Shown: positions 10,954 through 20,369 of the stretch, piece by piece
Numbering within the stretch: the stretch's first letter is position 1
Layout: every line of letters starts with the position of its first letter
Assembly: GCA_048213135.1 (NCBI GenBank)
Contig: PS015010.1
Span: 682,001-746,000, forward strand
Source of the DNA: Reclinomonas americana ATCC 50394
Taxonomy: Eukaryota
Length of the DNA: 64,000 nucleotides
Reading direction: 5' to 3'
Notes under the pieces: model-generated
Told to the model about the DNA's origin: nothing
Databases searched by the model: none
The model's input: the letters and a program-made list of their open reading frames with translations, nothing else
Program-made: the position numbers and the translations under genes

Positions 10954-12078
10954 TTACTTTTTGAATATACCATTCAATGTGTTGGCAGCCTTCCCTGCAA
11001 TGTTCCCCCAGTAAAAATGTTTGAAATAAGCATCCGGTATGGAACGTGCCGTATTCACCTGCATCACCTGGCGGGAAAATGATGCCCAGTCACCGTCTTT
11101 AAGAATCGCCAGCTTTCCTCCCGTGATCTCCGCAGGAATACCGATGGCGCCGCTTTCCGTGCTGATGACGGCCAGGCCGTTGCCGAGAGCTTCCACCACT
11201 TTTGTTTTGATGCCACCGCCTTCTATAACGGGGTTGATAAAAATATCGGTGCCGAGGAAATACAGGTCGATATCCTCAACGAACCCTGTATAGATGATGT
11301 ACTTATCCTTTTTGATCTTATCCTGCAAAGCGGCTGGAAGATTCTTGCCGCAGATAAATATGCGATAGGCAAAGCCCTTTTCCTGCTGCAGTGACGGGCT
11401 GATCCCGGTAATGATCTTTTCCACTGCATCGAGGTTGGGTTGGTAGTCGAGCGTGCCGTTGAATAACAGCAGCGTTTCTTCACCAGATAAGCCGTACGTC
11501 GCATTCAGCGATTCCCGTGCTTCTTTTCTCTTATCCCGTGCCGGGGCCTCACTGAGCGGGATGCCGTAGGTGATGGTCACACATTTTTCAGGATCCAATC
11601 CGAACCGGCTGATGGCATACTCCCGGTCGGCGTCCTGTATAAAAAAGTTGATGTCCGATTTGCGGTGTGTCCATTTTTCATAATGCCACAAAATACCCCA
11701 CCACCATTTGCCGAGGCTTTTAAAACGTTCTGCTTCTATATTATGCGAATGAATCACCAGCCTGACGCCGCAGAATGTCTTCAATGCAATACCCAGCCAG
11801 CCGTAATAAGGATGTTCGAGTATAACATGGCTGATCTCTTTTTCTTTGATGATCCTGCGGATGGAAAGAAAGTAAAACGGGTTGATGTAGCGCAGCTTTG
11901 AATCGGACAGCAGTTTCCGCACTTCATAATCAGCAAGCCCGGCATCATTATTAACAGTGGTTACGCAGGTAACGGGAATTAACCTGCACAGGTATTGGTA
12001 AAACAGGGCTATCCCTTTTTGTCCGCCCATTTTAGCGGGCAAAAAGGGATAGGAAACTATACTGAGTACATTGATCAT
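10954..12078 (-). CDS. GT4 family glycosyltransferase
   Basis: HSHNIE, YQPNLDA, GGGIKTKVVEAL. Confidence 0.88.
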   Translation of the reverse strand: MINVLSIVSYPFLPAKMGGQKGIALFYQYLCRLIPVTCVTTVNNDAGLADYEVRKLLSDSKLRYINPFYFLSIRRIIKEKEISHVILEHPYYGWLGIALKTFCGVRLVIHSHNIEAERFKSLGKWWWGILWHYEKWTHRKSDINFFIQDADREYAISRFGLDPEKCVTITYGIPLSEAPARDKRKEARESLNATYGLSGEETLLLFNGTLDYQPNLDAVEKIITGISPSLQQEKGFAYRIFICGKNLPAALQDKIKKDKYIIYTGFVEDIDLYFLGTDIFINPVIEGGGIKTKVVEALGNGLAVISTESGAIGIPAEITGGKLAILKDGDWASFSRQVMQVNTARSIPDAYFKHFYWGNIAGKAANTLNGIFKK

Positions 12079-12103
12079 ATTGCAAATGACGATGAAACGA
12101 TCA

Positions 12104-14620
12104 TCACGCCGATGCCTGCGGTGTTATTGTATCCTTTGTATTTCTTGATTTCCTGATGTAAAAGAAAAGCCAGGCCAGGAACATGACATAAATGAGAATG
12201 CTGCCCCAGATGCTCAACTGGCGACCGGTATAATAAGAAGCAGGTTCAAATTTGAAAGTGATGACATGTTTGCCCGCAGGAATGCTCAATCCCCTCAGTA
12301 CATAGTTGACCCTTGCATAAGGAACTTTTTGCCCGTCGATGAAAGCATCCCACCCCCTGTTGTAATAAATCTCGCTGAATACGGCGAACTGGGGTTTGGT
12401 TGCAGAGAAATCATAAGTGATCAGGTCGTTCTCGCGTGTCTTGATTTTGATCGATGCGGCAGAATCATATTCAGGAGCTTGTTTAATGGCACCTTTAAAA
12501 GTATCGTTCACGATCGCGGTATCCCTCAGGTTGGTGCTGTCCAGCGCCTTCATTTCTGCATCGGCAGTGTTGACATACGTGATGGATTTCACGAGCCAGC
12601 AGGAACCGAATGCAGCCGGGTTCACCTGTGCCACGGGCCTTCCGTTCATATCCGCGCCGATTACGTACTTGGTGTTCAGCATATTCAGTACCTGGATATT
12701 TCCCCTGGTGATCTGGTGCTCGATCAGGTCCTGGTACAGCCCCAGCTTGGCCGGGTGGTAGCCGCCGATCGAATTATGGAAATAGGAGGTAAGCGATTCA
12801 TTGGTAAAGCCGGGCGACTGGTTGAATACCCTGAAGTTGGCATGATCCGGGTCCTGCAGTATCTGCTGGTCCACCGGGCTGGGGGTGAAGGAACTCTCCA
12901 CCTCATCTTTCTCCATGAATTTATCATAATTGAAATACCGGTTATTCACACCCATGAGATCGATCATGCTGAGAACGATCAGGGTGATGGCCAGTACCAT
13001 CGCGTTGAATTTCTTTTTGATGAACAGGCCGAGTAATACGAGCGCTACGGCAATAAACAGGATGCTGCGCATGATGTCGCCGCCAGCCTCTCTTTTTCGG
13101 TCTTCTCTAAGGGCTTTCATGATCTCGCCGGCCCGCTGCTCTGCTTCGGGTTGTACCTGCTGACCGTTGCTGAACTGCTGCATGAAACTTTCCTTGATCT
13201 GTGGGTCGCCGACACCGGTAAAATTCGCAGAGAAATAGAAAGCACCCAGTATCAATATCACGATACCTGTGGCCATGGCGGCGAATCTGAGTTTTTTCCA
13301 GGCCTCTGCCATGTCTGCGTCTTTCCGGACAAGTTTATTTAACGCCAGCACCGCCAGCAGGGGGATACACAACTGCGGTATCACCATGGCCATACTGGGC
13401 GCCCTGAATTTGTTCAGGAAAGGCATGTAATCGAGCATGAAATGATTGAATCCTGCTAAACTGTTTCCCCAGCCGAGCAATATGCCGAAGATACTGGCAG
13501 CGATGAGCCACCATTTCTGCCATCCGCTCAGGTAAAAGAGGCCGAAGATGAACAGGAAACACATAACGGCGCCGAGGTATGGCGGGCCGGAAGTGGTCTC
13601 GTTGAGGCTTGACATATTACCCCAGTATGAGTACGCATTGCTGATGCCTAATGCATTCTCATCGGGTATGCCCAGTTCGGTGAGGGCTGATTTTTTATGT
13701 TCACTGCCGCCGTTGCTGCCGCCATAGATACCGGGAACCATAAAGGTGAAGGTTTCCATTTTACCCATACTCCAGCGCAGCGCATAATCTTTATCCAGGC
13801 CGCCCTTGGTTTTATTATTGGTTGTATCAGTAAGTTGAGATGCGCCGCCCCTCATGGTCTCTTTAGAATAATCATAGGTAGGTAATATGGTAACGGCACA
13901 ACAGGCCAGGCCGATCAGCCCGCCGGCAAGACCGAGCACAGCTGCTTTTACCGCATGAACGATCTCTTTGTTCCTGGCGGCCTGTATGAAATAACAAACA
14001 ACCATGATACCTGCGATGATGAGCGTGTAATAAACGATCTGCAAGTGATTCTGGCCGATCATGATGGCCGAGAACAGGGACGTGATCAACAGCCCCAGCA
14101 GGTATTTTTTCTGGAAGAGCAGTTGCAACCCGCCCAGCACCATCGGGGCCAGCGCCATCGACATCATCTTGGTATTATGTCCTACCGATACGATGATCGG
14201 GTTATAGGTGGCATAAGCATAGGCCAGTCCGCCCAGCGCCGAAAGCCAGGGATTGACGCCCATAATGATGCACAGGAAATAAAAGCAGAGGCAGGCAACA
14301 AAGAAAAAGGCTGCTGACTCGGGCAGGCCCAGTTTCAGCGCACCGAAGAAATAACCGATGGCGTCACCCACATGCGTGTCAGACTCCATCGCGATCTGGT
14401 AAGCCGGCATACCGCCAAACATGCTGTTGGTCCATAAAGGCAAATGTCCCGTTTTCTTTTTCACTTCAAAAGATTGCTGGGCCATACCTTTCCAGCCCTG
14501 CGTATCGTGCTGGTTGAGAACTTTACCTTCCAGGGCGGGTTTACAGAAAAGAATGGCAACAATAGCGAATACGGCTATCGCAATGATATGGGGCAGTAAC
14601 TTTTGGAGGACCGGTTTCAT
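12104..14620 (-). CDS. YfhO family membrane protein (GT-C-like)
   Basis: Start moved to ATG 14620 because the longer start lies inside a terminator. WTNSMFGGMPAYQI, many TM helices, GGYHPAKL, FSEIYY..GW..NYVLRG. Confidence 0.85.
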   Translation of the reverse strand: MKPVLQKLLPHIIAIAVFAIVAILFCKPALEGKVLNQHDTQGWKGMAQQSFEVKKKTGHLPLWTNSMFGGMPAYQIAMESDTHVGDAIGYFFGALKLGLPESAAFFFVACLCFYFLCIIMGVNPWLSALGGLAYAYATYNPIIVSVGHNTKMMSMALAPMVLGGLQLLFQKKYLLGLLITSLFSAIMIGQNHLQIVYYTLIIAGIMVVCYFIQAARNKEIVHAVKAAVLGLAGGLIGLACCAVTILPTYDYSKETMRGGASQLTDTTNNKTKGGLDKDYALRWSMGKMETFTFMVPGIYGGSNGGSEHKKSALTELGIPDENALGISNAYSYWGNMSSLNETTSGPPYLGAVMCFLFIFGLFYLSGWQKWWLIAASIFGILLGWGNSLAGFNHFMLDYMPFLNKFRAPSMAMVIPQLCIPLLAVLALNKLVRKDADMAEAWKKLRFAAMATGIVILILGAFYFSANFTGVGDPQIKESFMQQFSNGQQVQPEAEQRAGEIMKALREDRKREAGGDIMRSILFIAVALVLLGLFIKKKFNAMVLAITLIVLSMIDLMGVNNRYFNYDKFMEKDEVESSFTPSPVDQQILQDPDHANFRVFNQSPGFTNESLTSYFHNSIGGYHPAKLGLYQDLIEHQITRGNIQVLNMLNTKYVIGADMNGRPVAQVNPAAFGSCWLVKSITYVNTADAEMKALDSTNLRDTAIVNDTFKGAIKQAPEYDSAASIKIKTRENDLITYDFSATKPQFAVFSEIYYNRGWDAFIDGQKVPYARVNYVLRGLSIPAGKHVITFKFEPASYYTGRQLSIWGSILIYVMFLAWLFFYIRKSRNTKDTITPQASA

Positions 14621-14662
14621 TGAATCATGTTTAGGGCGGCAATTTAAAGCTAAAAACGCAAT

Positions 14663-14692
14663 AAAAAAGGCCAACCCGTAAGAGTTGGCCTT
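14663..14692 (-). terminator. Intrinsic terminator after the outer-membrane barrel gene
   Basis: AAGGCCAAC/GTTGGCCTT stem with a U-run on the minus strand. Confidence 0.75.
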
Positions 14693-14724
14693 CCATGGAA
14701 TATATTTAAATACTGTATTTACTG

Positions 14725-17358
14725 TTAGTTACCCATTCCCTGCTGTGCGCCCTGCATACTTTCCATTTCCCCTTTCATGCTTTTCTTCTTGAACAGCGAT
14801 ACGTCGATCTTACCAAAGCGCCAGTTGAAATTGAGCCTTACCACCTGCGGATCGCGGCGGCGTTCATTATCCTGCATGAAATAAGCGGATTCAGAATGCG
14901 TTGAGTACAACTTCGTCCTGAAGATGTCATTCACCTGGAGGGTAATGGAAGCTGCATTGTTCTTCAGGAAATCTTTCCTGATAGCGAAATCCACGCCATA
15001 GTTGGGGCGTGTATATCCCTGTGCGCCTACCGGACTGCCGCCAAACATGCCGCCCATCATACCACCACCGCCACCACGGCTGGAAGGGAGGATGGTTTTG
15101 GCCTGGTAGTCGCCGGACAACTGTATGGAGAAGTTCTTCGGCAGTTTGAAATTGTTATTGATCTTACCGAACCAGCTTGCCCTGGAATTGGATACACCAC
15201 CTGTAATGGCGCCTGCTTTCAGGGTTGACTGGAACAGGTTGAAGTTGACGTTAAAGTCCCACCAGGTAGCCGGTTTGGTACGCATGGTCAGCTCCAGACC
15301 ATACGTATAGCTGGTGTTGGCATTGGCATACGTGCTGATGAGTACGGTATCGGGTTTGCTGTTCGGATCAGGATTCAGCGCCCTGTACTGGTAACTGGTA
15401 ATAAGGTCATTGGTATTCCTGAAATACAGGGTGCCGAGTAAACTGGTATTACGGGTAAGCTGATTCTGGTAAGCCAGTTCAACCAGGTTGGTGAATTCCG
15501 GTACCAGGTTAGGATTGCCGATAGAAAGATTGAGCGGATCGGAAATGTCATATGCCGGTATCAGCTGGAAGAAATTGGGCCTGTTCACTTTCCGGGAATA
15601 GTTCAGTTGCAGGTCCTGTTTGTCGGTCAGCTTATAGGTCATAAAAGCACTTGGGAAAACGCTGAAAGGATATTTATTCGTAAACGACTGACCGGTGCTT
15701 ACCAGTGTGCCTTCATAACGGGAACTTTCCACCCTTACACCCAACTGGTAGCTGAATTTTTTAACCTGGTGTGAGAAAGTGGCATAGGCTGCATATACCT
15801 GGTCCTTGAAACCATAATTGTTGCTGAAGCCGGGAATGGCCACAGTAGCATTACTGCCCGATTTGATATAGTTATCGTTGCGGCTCGTAAAATCCCTTAC
15901 TGCCCCCCTGATGCCCATTTCTATTTTCATATCCTTGCGGATGGGGTTCGAAAAATCCGACTGGGCGGTGAAAAATTTAGTAGAACCACCACCAAAATTG
16001 CGTTCCAGCAAAAGATCGGTTTTGGGATCATTATTAGGAAGGAAATACTGGCTCAGGTAACGGCCCCAGTTACCGCTTTTATTGGCGTTGTAATTGGCGT
16101 CGATTGTCCATTCGTTGTTGGGTTTGGCAAAGTTGTGTTTAAAGCTCACGCTGGTACCCATATTGCGCATGTTGAATGAGTTGTAGGTACTGCGGTAACC
16201 TTTATCGGAACTGGTGAAACCGGTATAAGCCGTATCGCGGTTGATGTTGATAAGATCGGATGTTTTGAATTCACCACGCATATAGTTGAAACCTACCGTA
16301 ATGGTATTGCGGTTATCAACGAAATAATCGAAGCCCACGCGGCCAAAACCAAAGTAACCGCGGTTGATAGGGTCGTTCTCCTGGTTCAGGTAGGCGGTAC
16401 CGTTATTGAGGTAATCAACACGGGTGCTGTTTACTTCAGAAATGGATTTGCGCATGCCGATACGGCCACGGACAAACACGTTCAGTTTATTCTGCTTTAC
16501 GTTGATATCGCCACCAAAACCAGGGCGCAGCCTGGAGTCGATGCTGGCATTGATATTGCCGTTGTAGCCTGCTTTACGGTTCTTTTTCAGTACGATATTC
16601 AGGATGCCGGAACCGCCGCCGCTGGCGTCGAACTTAGCGGAAGGGTTGGTGATGATCTCCACGCTGGCGATCTCATCGGCAGGTATCTGTTCCAGGGTAA
16701 GGGTAGTGGGGCGGCCATCCACAAATATCTGTGGCGCCGCGTTGCGGAGGGTTACGTTTCCGTCAATGTCCACGTTCACGGAAGGAACGTTCTTCATAAC
16801 ATCAACAGCCGTACCGCCCACGCTGGTAATATTTTTTTCTACGTTGAATACTTTACGGTCGATGCTCATCGTCAGCTGTGGTTTGCTGGCTGTAACGGTT
16901 ACGCCTTCCATTTGCTGAACATCAGGCGAAATGCTGATGTTGCCGAGGTCTTTATCCACACCCGCCAGCGCGCTGCTCATGTCGCCACTCTTTACGGCGC
17001 CCATATTGATGTCGAAATTCACTTTCTGCTCAATGGTCTTGAAACCAATGGCGGTGATCTTCAGTTTATAAGAGCCCATCACCGGCAGGTTTTCCAGGCT
17101 GAATTCGCCGCGTTTATTGGTGAGCATACCTGCTACCACCACATCTTTTCGTTTTTTGGTAACACTGTCCATTTTATTCTGAAGCAGCAGTACCGAGGCG
17201 GCTTCCAATGGTTTGTTGGAGCCCGACTCCAGTATTTTGCCATAAAAATGGCCCACATTCATCTGTCCGCCCATGCCGCGGTTGCCCCCGGGCATCTGCG
17301 CTTTCAGCTGGGTACAGGTAAAAACAATAGAGAGAAGGAAAATGGCTAACTTTTTCAT
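14725..17358 (-). CDS. TonB-dependent receptor-like outer-membrane beta-barrel protein with N-terminal carboxypeptidase-regulatory-like domain
   Basis: Signal peptide MKKLAIF (start 17358); plug motif IEIITNPSAKFDASG.GILNIVLKK; GNPNLVPE; NWRFG near the C-terminus. Confidence 0.85.
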   Translation of the reverse strand: MKKLAIFLLSIVFTCTQLKAQMPGGNRGMGGQMNVGHFYGKILESGSNKPLEAASVLLLQNKMDSVTKKRKDVVVAGMLTNKRGEFSLENLPVMGSYKLKITAIGFKTIEQKVNFDINMGAVKSGDMSSALAGVDKDLGNISISPDVQQMEGVTVTASKPQLTMSIDRKVFNVEKNITSVGGTAVDVMKNVPSVNVDIDGNVTLRNAAPQIFVDGRPTTLTLEQIPADEIASVEIITNPSAKFDASGGGSGILNIVLKKNRKAGYNGNINASIDSRLRPGFGGDINVKQNKLNVFVRGRIGMRKSISEVNSTRVDYLNNGTAYLNQENDPINRGYFGFGRVGFDYFVDNRNTITVGFNYMRGEFKTSDLININRDTAYTGFTSSDKGYRSTYNSFNMRNMGTSVSFKHNFAKPNNEWTIDANYNANKSGNWGRYLSQYFLPNNDPKTDLLLERNFGGGSTKFFTAQSDFSNPIRKDMKIEMGIRGAVRDFTSRNDNYIKSGSNATVAIPGFSNNYGFKDQVYAAYATFSHQVKKFSYQLGVRVESSRYEGTLVSTGQSFTNKYPFSVFPSAFMTYKLTDKQDLQLNYSRKVNRPNFFQLIPAYDISDPLNLSIGNPNLVPEFTNLVELAYQNQLTRNTSLLGTLYFRNTNDLITSYQYRALNPDPNSKPDTVLISTYANANTSYTYGLELTMRTKPATWWDFNVNFNLFQSTLKAGAITGGVSNSRASWFGKINNNFKLPKNFSIQLSGDYQAKTILPSSRGGGGGMMGGMFGGSPVGAQGYTRPNYGVDFAIRKDFLKNNAASITLQVNDIFRTKLYSTHSESAYFMQDNERRRDPQVVRLNFNWRFGKIDVSLFKKKSMKGEMESMQGAQQGMGN

Positions 17359-17592
17359 TATGTTGTAATTATCAATTATCACCGTATTGTAAAATTCCCG
17401 CAAATTTGCGACAAAATTTGGTTCGGATGGAGGGAGTAAGGATGAACGGTGTGCAGGGGAGCCCGGCGGTATAAATGGGCCGGCTATTTATTAATTGGTG
17501 ACGCCACCGGCCCGGAAAGGTAAATATTGGCCAGCCGGCCGCCTTTTTATAGAGAAGGGCAAATGTTATTTTGCAGAAGTTCGGTTTTTCTT

Positions 17593-17600
17593 TATTTTTG
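17593..17600 (+). promoter_or_regulatory. Bacteroidota sigma-A -7 element for tRNA-His
   Basis: TATTTTTG matches TAnnTTTG 14 nt before the tRNA. Confidence 0.6.
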
Positions 17601-17614
17601 CAGCCCGCTGATAT

Positions 17615-17689
17615 GGTAGCTGTAGCTCAGTTGGTTAGAGCATCAGATTGTGATTCTGAGGGTCGAGGGTTCGAGCCCCTTCAGTTACC
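17615..17689 (+). tRNA. tRNA-His(GTG)
   Basis: G-1 plus acceptor stem GTAGCTG/CAGTTAC and C73; D arm GCTC/GAGC; anticodon arm TCAGA-TTGTGAT-TCTGA; T loop TTCGAGC; CCA not fully encoded. Confidence 0.96.
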
Positions 17690-17693
17690 CAGG

Positions 17694-17720
17694 TCCCGGC
17701 TTTTTGCCGGGATTTTTTTT
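17694..17720 (+). terminator. Intrinsic terminator after tRNA-His
   Basis: TCCCGGC/GCCGGGA stem followed by T8. Confidence 0.85.
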
Positions 17721-17869
17721 GCCCGAAAATGTAATATCCCGCATACCCGGAAGCGGCTCCCATACCGCTCATCCGGCTTATTTTCCAGACGGCTCCTTTA
17801 ACAAAACATTATTGGCTTCTGCCTGTTTATGAATAAGAAACAGATACCATTTTCCGTTATTTTTACACT

Positions 17870-20032
17870 ATGCAAAAAATTGCAGGTTTTATTATGAGTA
17901 AAAAATTTATACCGGTAATTCTGGTGCTTACCGCTGCCAGTTTATTCGTAGCCTTTCAAAGCCAGGGGAAGAATGATCATGACAATCCTAAATCGAAGTA
18001 CACCAAGGTACTCCGTAATGTGGGATTATTGCTGGAACAGGGACATTACAGCCCTAAAAAGATCGACGATAATTTTTCAAAGGAAGTCCTGAAAAAATTC
18101 ACCGAAGACCTGGATAACGACAAAAATATTTTTTTACAGAGCGATATCGACGGCTTTAAGAAGTACGAGAACCGGATCGACGATGAGATCCGCGGCGCCG
18201 AACTGCAGTCTTTCTTCGCCATCAACGACGTATACCTGAAAAGGCTGAATGAAAGCTGGACCATCATCTCTGATGTGCTGGCCAAACCATTCGACTATAA
18301 TAAGGACGAATCGCTGAACCTTGACAAGGAAAACTCCAGCTTCCCCAAGAACGAGGCGGAAAGGAAAGACGCCTGGAGGAAAACGCTGAAATACGCTTCC
18401 CTGACAAGGTATGTGGAACTCCAGGAAGACCGGGAGAAGAACAAAGGCAAAAAGGATTTTGTGGTAAAGCCTGACAGTACACTGGAGCGTGAAGCCCGTG
18501 ACCAGATCAGGAAGCGCATGGAAAGGCTGTTCAACACCCGCAAAACGCATGAGACCGGAGATGAGAATTTCAGCACATTCGTAAATGCCATTACCGGAGC
18601 CATGGACCCGCACACCAATTATTTCCCCCCGATCGATAAAAGGTCATTCGACGAATCGATGAGGGGCAGCTTCTATGGTATTGGCGCACAACTGAAAGAA
18701 GACGATGGCCGTATTAAGATCGCCAGCCTGGTTTCCGGTGGTCCCGCATGGAAGCATGGTGAATTAAAAGTGGAAGATGAGATCATCAAGATCGCACAGG
18801 GTAACAATGAACCGGTTGACGTTACCGGTTATTCCGTAACCGATGCCGTGAAACTGATCCGTGGTGCGGAAAAAGGCTCTACCGTAAAACTGACCGTAAG
18901 AAAAGCCGATGGCTCTATAAAAGTGATCGCCCTGGAACGTGACGAGATTAAACTCGACGATACCTTCGCCCGCAGCGCCATCATTAAAGGCGATAAAAAG
19001 ATCGGGTATATTTACCTGCCCGAGTTCTATGTGAATTTTGACGATCCCAAAGGTTCCAAATGCTCTGAAGATGTGGCCCGTGAAGTACAGAAACTGCAGG
19101 CAGAGAATGTAGAAGGTATCATCATCGATCTGCGTGGCAATGGAGGTGGTTCACTTCCCGAAGTAGTGAAAATGGTTGGCCTTTTTATTGAAGACGGACC
19201 GGTTAGCGTGGTGAAAGGAAGGGGAGAAGAAAAACCTTACCAGTGGCGCGACAGGGATAAAAGTGTGCTGTACTCCGGACCGCTTACCGTAATGGTGGAC
19301 GAATTCAGCGCCAGCGCCTCTGAAATATTTGCCGCGGCTATACAGGATTATAAACGCGGTATCGTGATCGGCAGTACCTCTACTTTTGGTAAGGGCACTG
19401 TACAACGTACTATTCCGCTAAACCCCGAGGAGAACCCATTGTTCCCCGACAGGAAAACAGAAGACCTGGGCAGTGTTAAACTCACCGTACAGAAATTCTA
19501 CCGTGTGAATGGTGGCGCCACCCAACTGAAAGGCGTTACGCCGGATATTGTGCTGCCTGACCGTTACGAAAACCTCAAATTCCGCGAAAAAGACAACAGT
19601 TATGCGCTGCCATGGGATGAAATCGCTCATTCTGATTACAAGCCCTGGACAAGCACCATCAGCAATGATGCCGTGGTTCGTTCGGCCTATGACCAGATCA
19701 ACACCAGCAGTACTTTTAACAAGATCAAAACCAACATAGCCCTGCTCGATAAGTACAACAACAAGACTTATTCGCTCAATATCAATAAATACAAGGAAGA
19801 GCAGAAGCAACTGAAAGCCGCTTATAAAGATCTTGACGAGTCTTATAAACTGCCCCGCCAGATGGACGTGACCAACATTCCGGCTGATACGGTGGTGATC
19901 AACGCAGCTAAGGAAAAAGTAGAAAAGAATACGCAATGGCTGAAGCGTGTAAGCAACGATATCTATATTGATGAAACCGTGAGGGTGATGAATACTATGA
20001 TCACACAAAGTGTGACCGCGAAAACAAATTAA
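17870..20032 (+). CDS. prc: Carboxy-terminal processing protease (S41A, Prc/Tsp)
   Basis: DPHTNY, PDZ domain GIGAQL, IIDLRGNGGGSL, SASASEI, GKGTVQ. Confidence 0.92.
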   Translation: MQKIAGFIMSKKFIPVILVLTAASLFVAFQSQGKNDHDNPKSKYTKVLRNVGLLLEQGHYSPKKIDDNFSKEVLKKFTEDLDNDKNIFLQSDIDGFKKYENRIDDEIRGAELQSFFAINDVYLKRLNESWTIISDVLAKPFDYNKDESLNLDKENSSFPKNEAERKDAWRKTLKYASLTRYVELQEDREKNKGKKDFVVKPDSTLEREARDQIRKRMERLFNTRKTHETGDENFSTFVNAITGAMDPHTNYFPPIDKRSFDESMRGSFYGIGAQLKEDDGRIKIASLVSGGPAWKHGELKVEDEIIKIAQGNNEPVDVTGYSVTDAVKLIRGAEKGSTVKLTVRKADGSIKVIALERDEIKLDDTFARSAIIKGDKKIGYIYLPEFYVNFDDPKGSKCSEDVAREVQKLQAENVEGIIIDLRGNGGGSLPEVVKMVGLFIEDGPVSVVKGRGEEKPYQWRDRDKSVLYSGPLTVMVDEFSASASEIFAAAIQDYKRGIVIGSTSTFGKGTVQRTIPLNPEENPLFPDRKTEDLGSVKLTVQKFYRVNGGATQLKGVTPDIVLPDRYENLKFREKDNSYALPWDEIAHSDYKPWTSTISNDAVVRSAYDQINTSSTFNKIKTNIALLDKYNNKTYSLNINKYKEEQKQLKAAYKDLDESYKLPRQMDVTNIPADTVVINAAKEKVEKNTQWLKRVSNDIYIDETVRVMNTMITQSVTAKTN

Positions 20033-20049
20033 TAAGGCGAATAGCCTGG

Positions 20050-20084
20050 AAGTGCCGCTGCCAGAGGGTTGCGGCACTTTTTTT
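20050..20084 (+). terminator. Intrinsic terminator after prc
   Basis: AGTGCCGC/GCGGCACT stem plus T-run. Confidence 0.8.
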
Positions 20085-20171
20085 ATGGCGATAAGCGATT
20101 GATTGATCGTTTATTGTGTCATAAAAAAATAAAATCCGTAAAAATACTTGGAAGACAGATATTTTTTTTGA

Positions 20172-20179
20172 TACCTTTG
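20172..20179 (+). promoter_or_regulatory. Sigma-A -7 element for the T9SS cargo gene (implies a ~185-nt leader)
   Basis: TACCTTTG with an upstream TTG. Confidence 0.55.
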
Positions 20180-20369
20180 CATTCTACAACCACACCAGCT
20201 TACCTTATCTGATATTCTCCCGAAAGACACAACCCTGAAGTCCTGTATTCTCTTTTAACCTTCTGAAATTTAATATTCTGCTGAAAAGTTATGTTGTGAT
20301 ATAACGCATCACAAGGTGTCCTGTTTAAAAAACCTCCGTTTAGCCATTTTTAAACCCAAACCTTGTATC

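Noticed and set aside
17615-17720. tRNA-His as an island attachment site; ORF 17571-17801
   Set aside because: No integrase and no duplicate of the tRNA 3' end were seen, and the flanks are core genes. The ORF merely overlaps the tRNA.
20180-20369. Riboswitch in the long leader of the T9SS cargo gene
   Set aside because: No convincing stems or known aptamer motifs were seen by eye.
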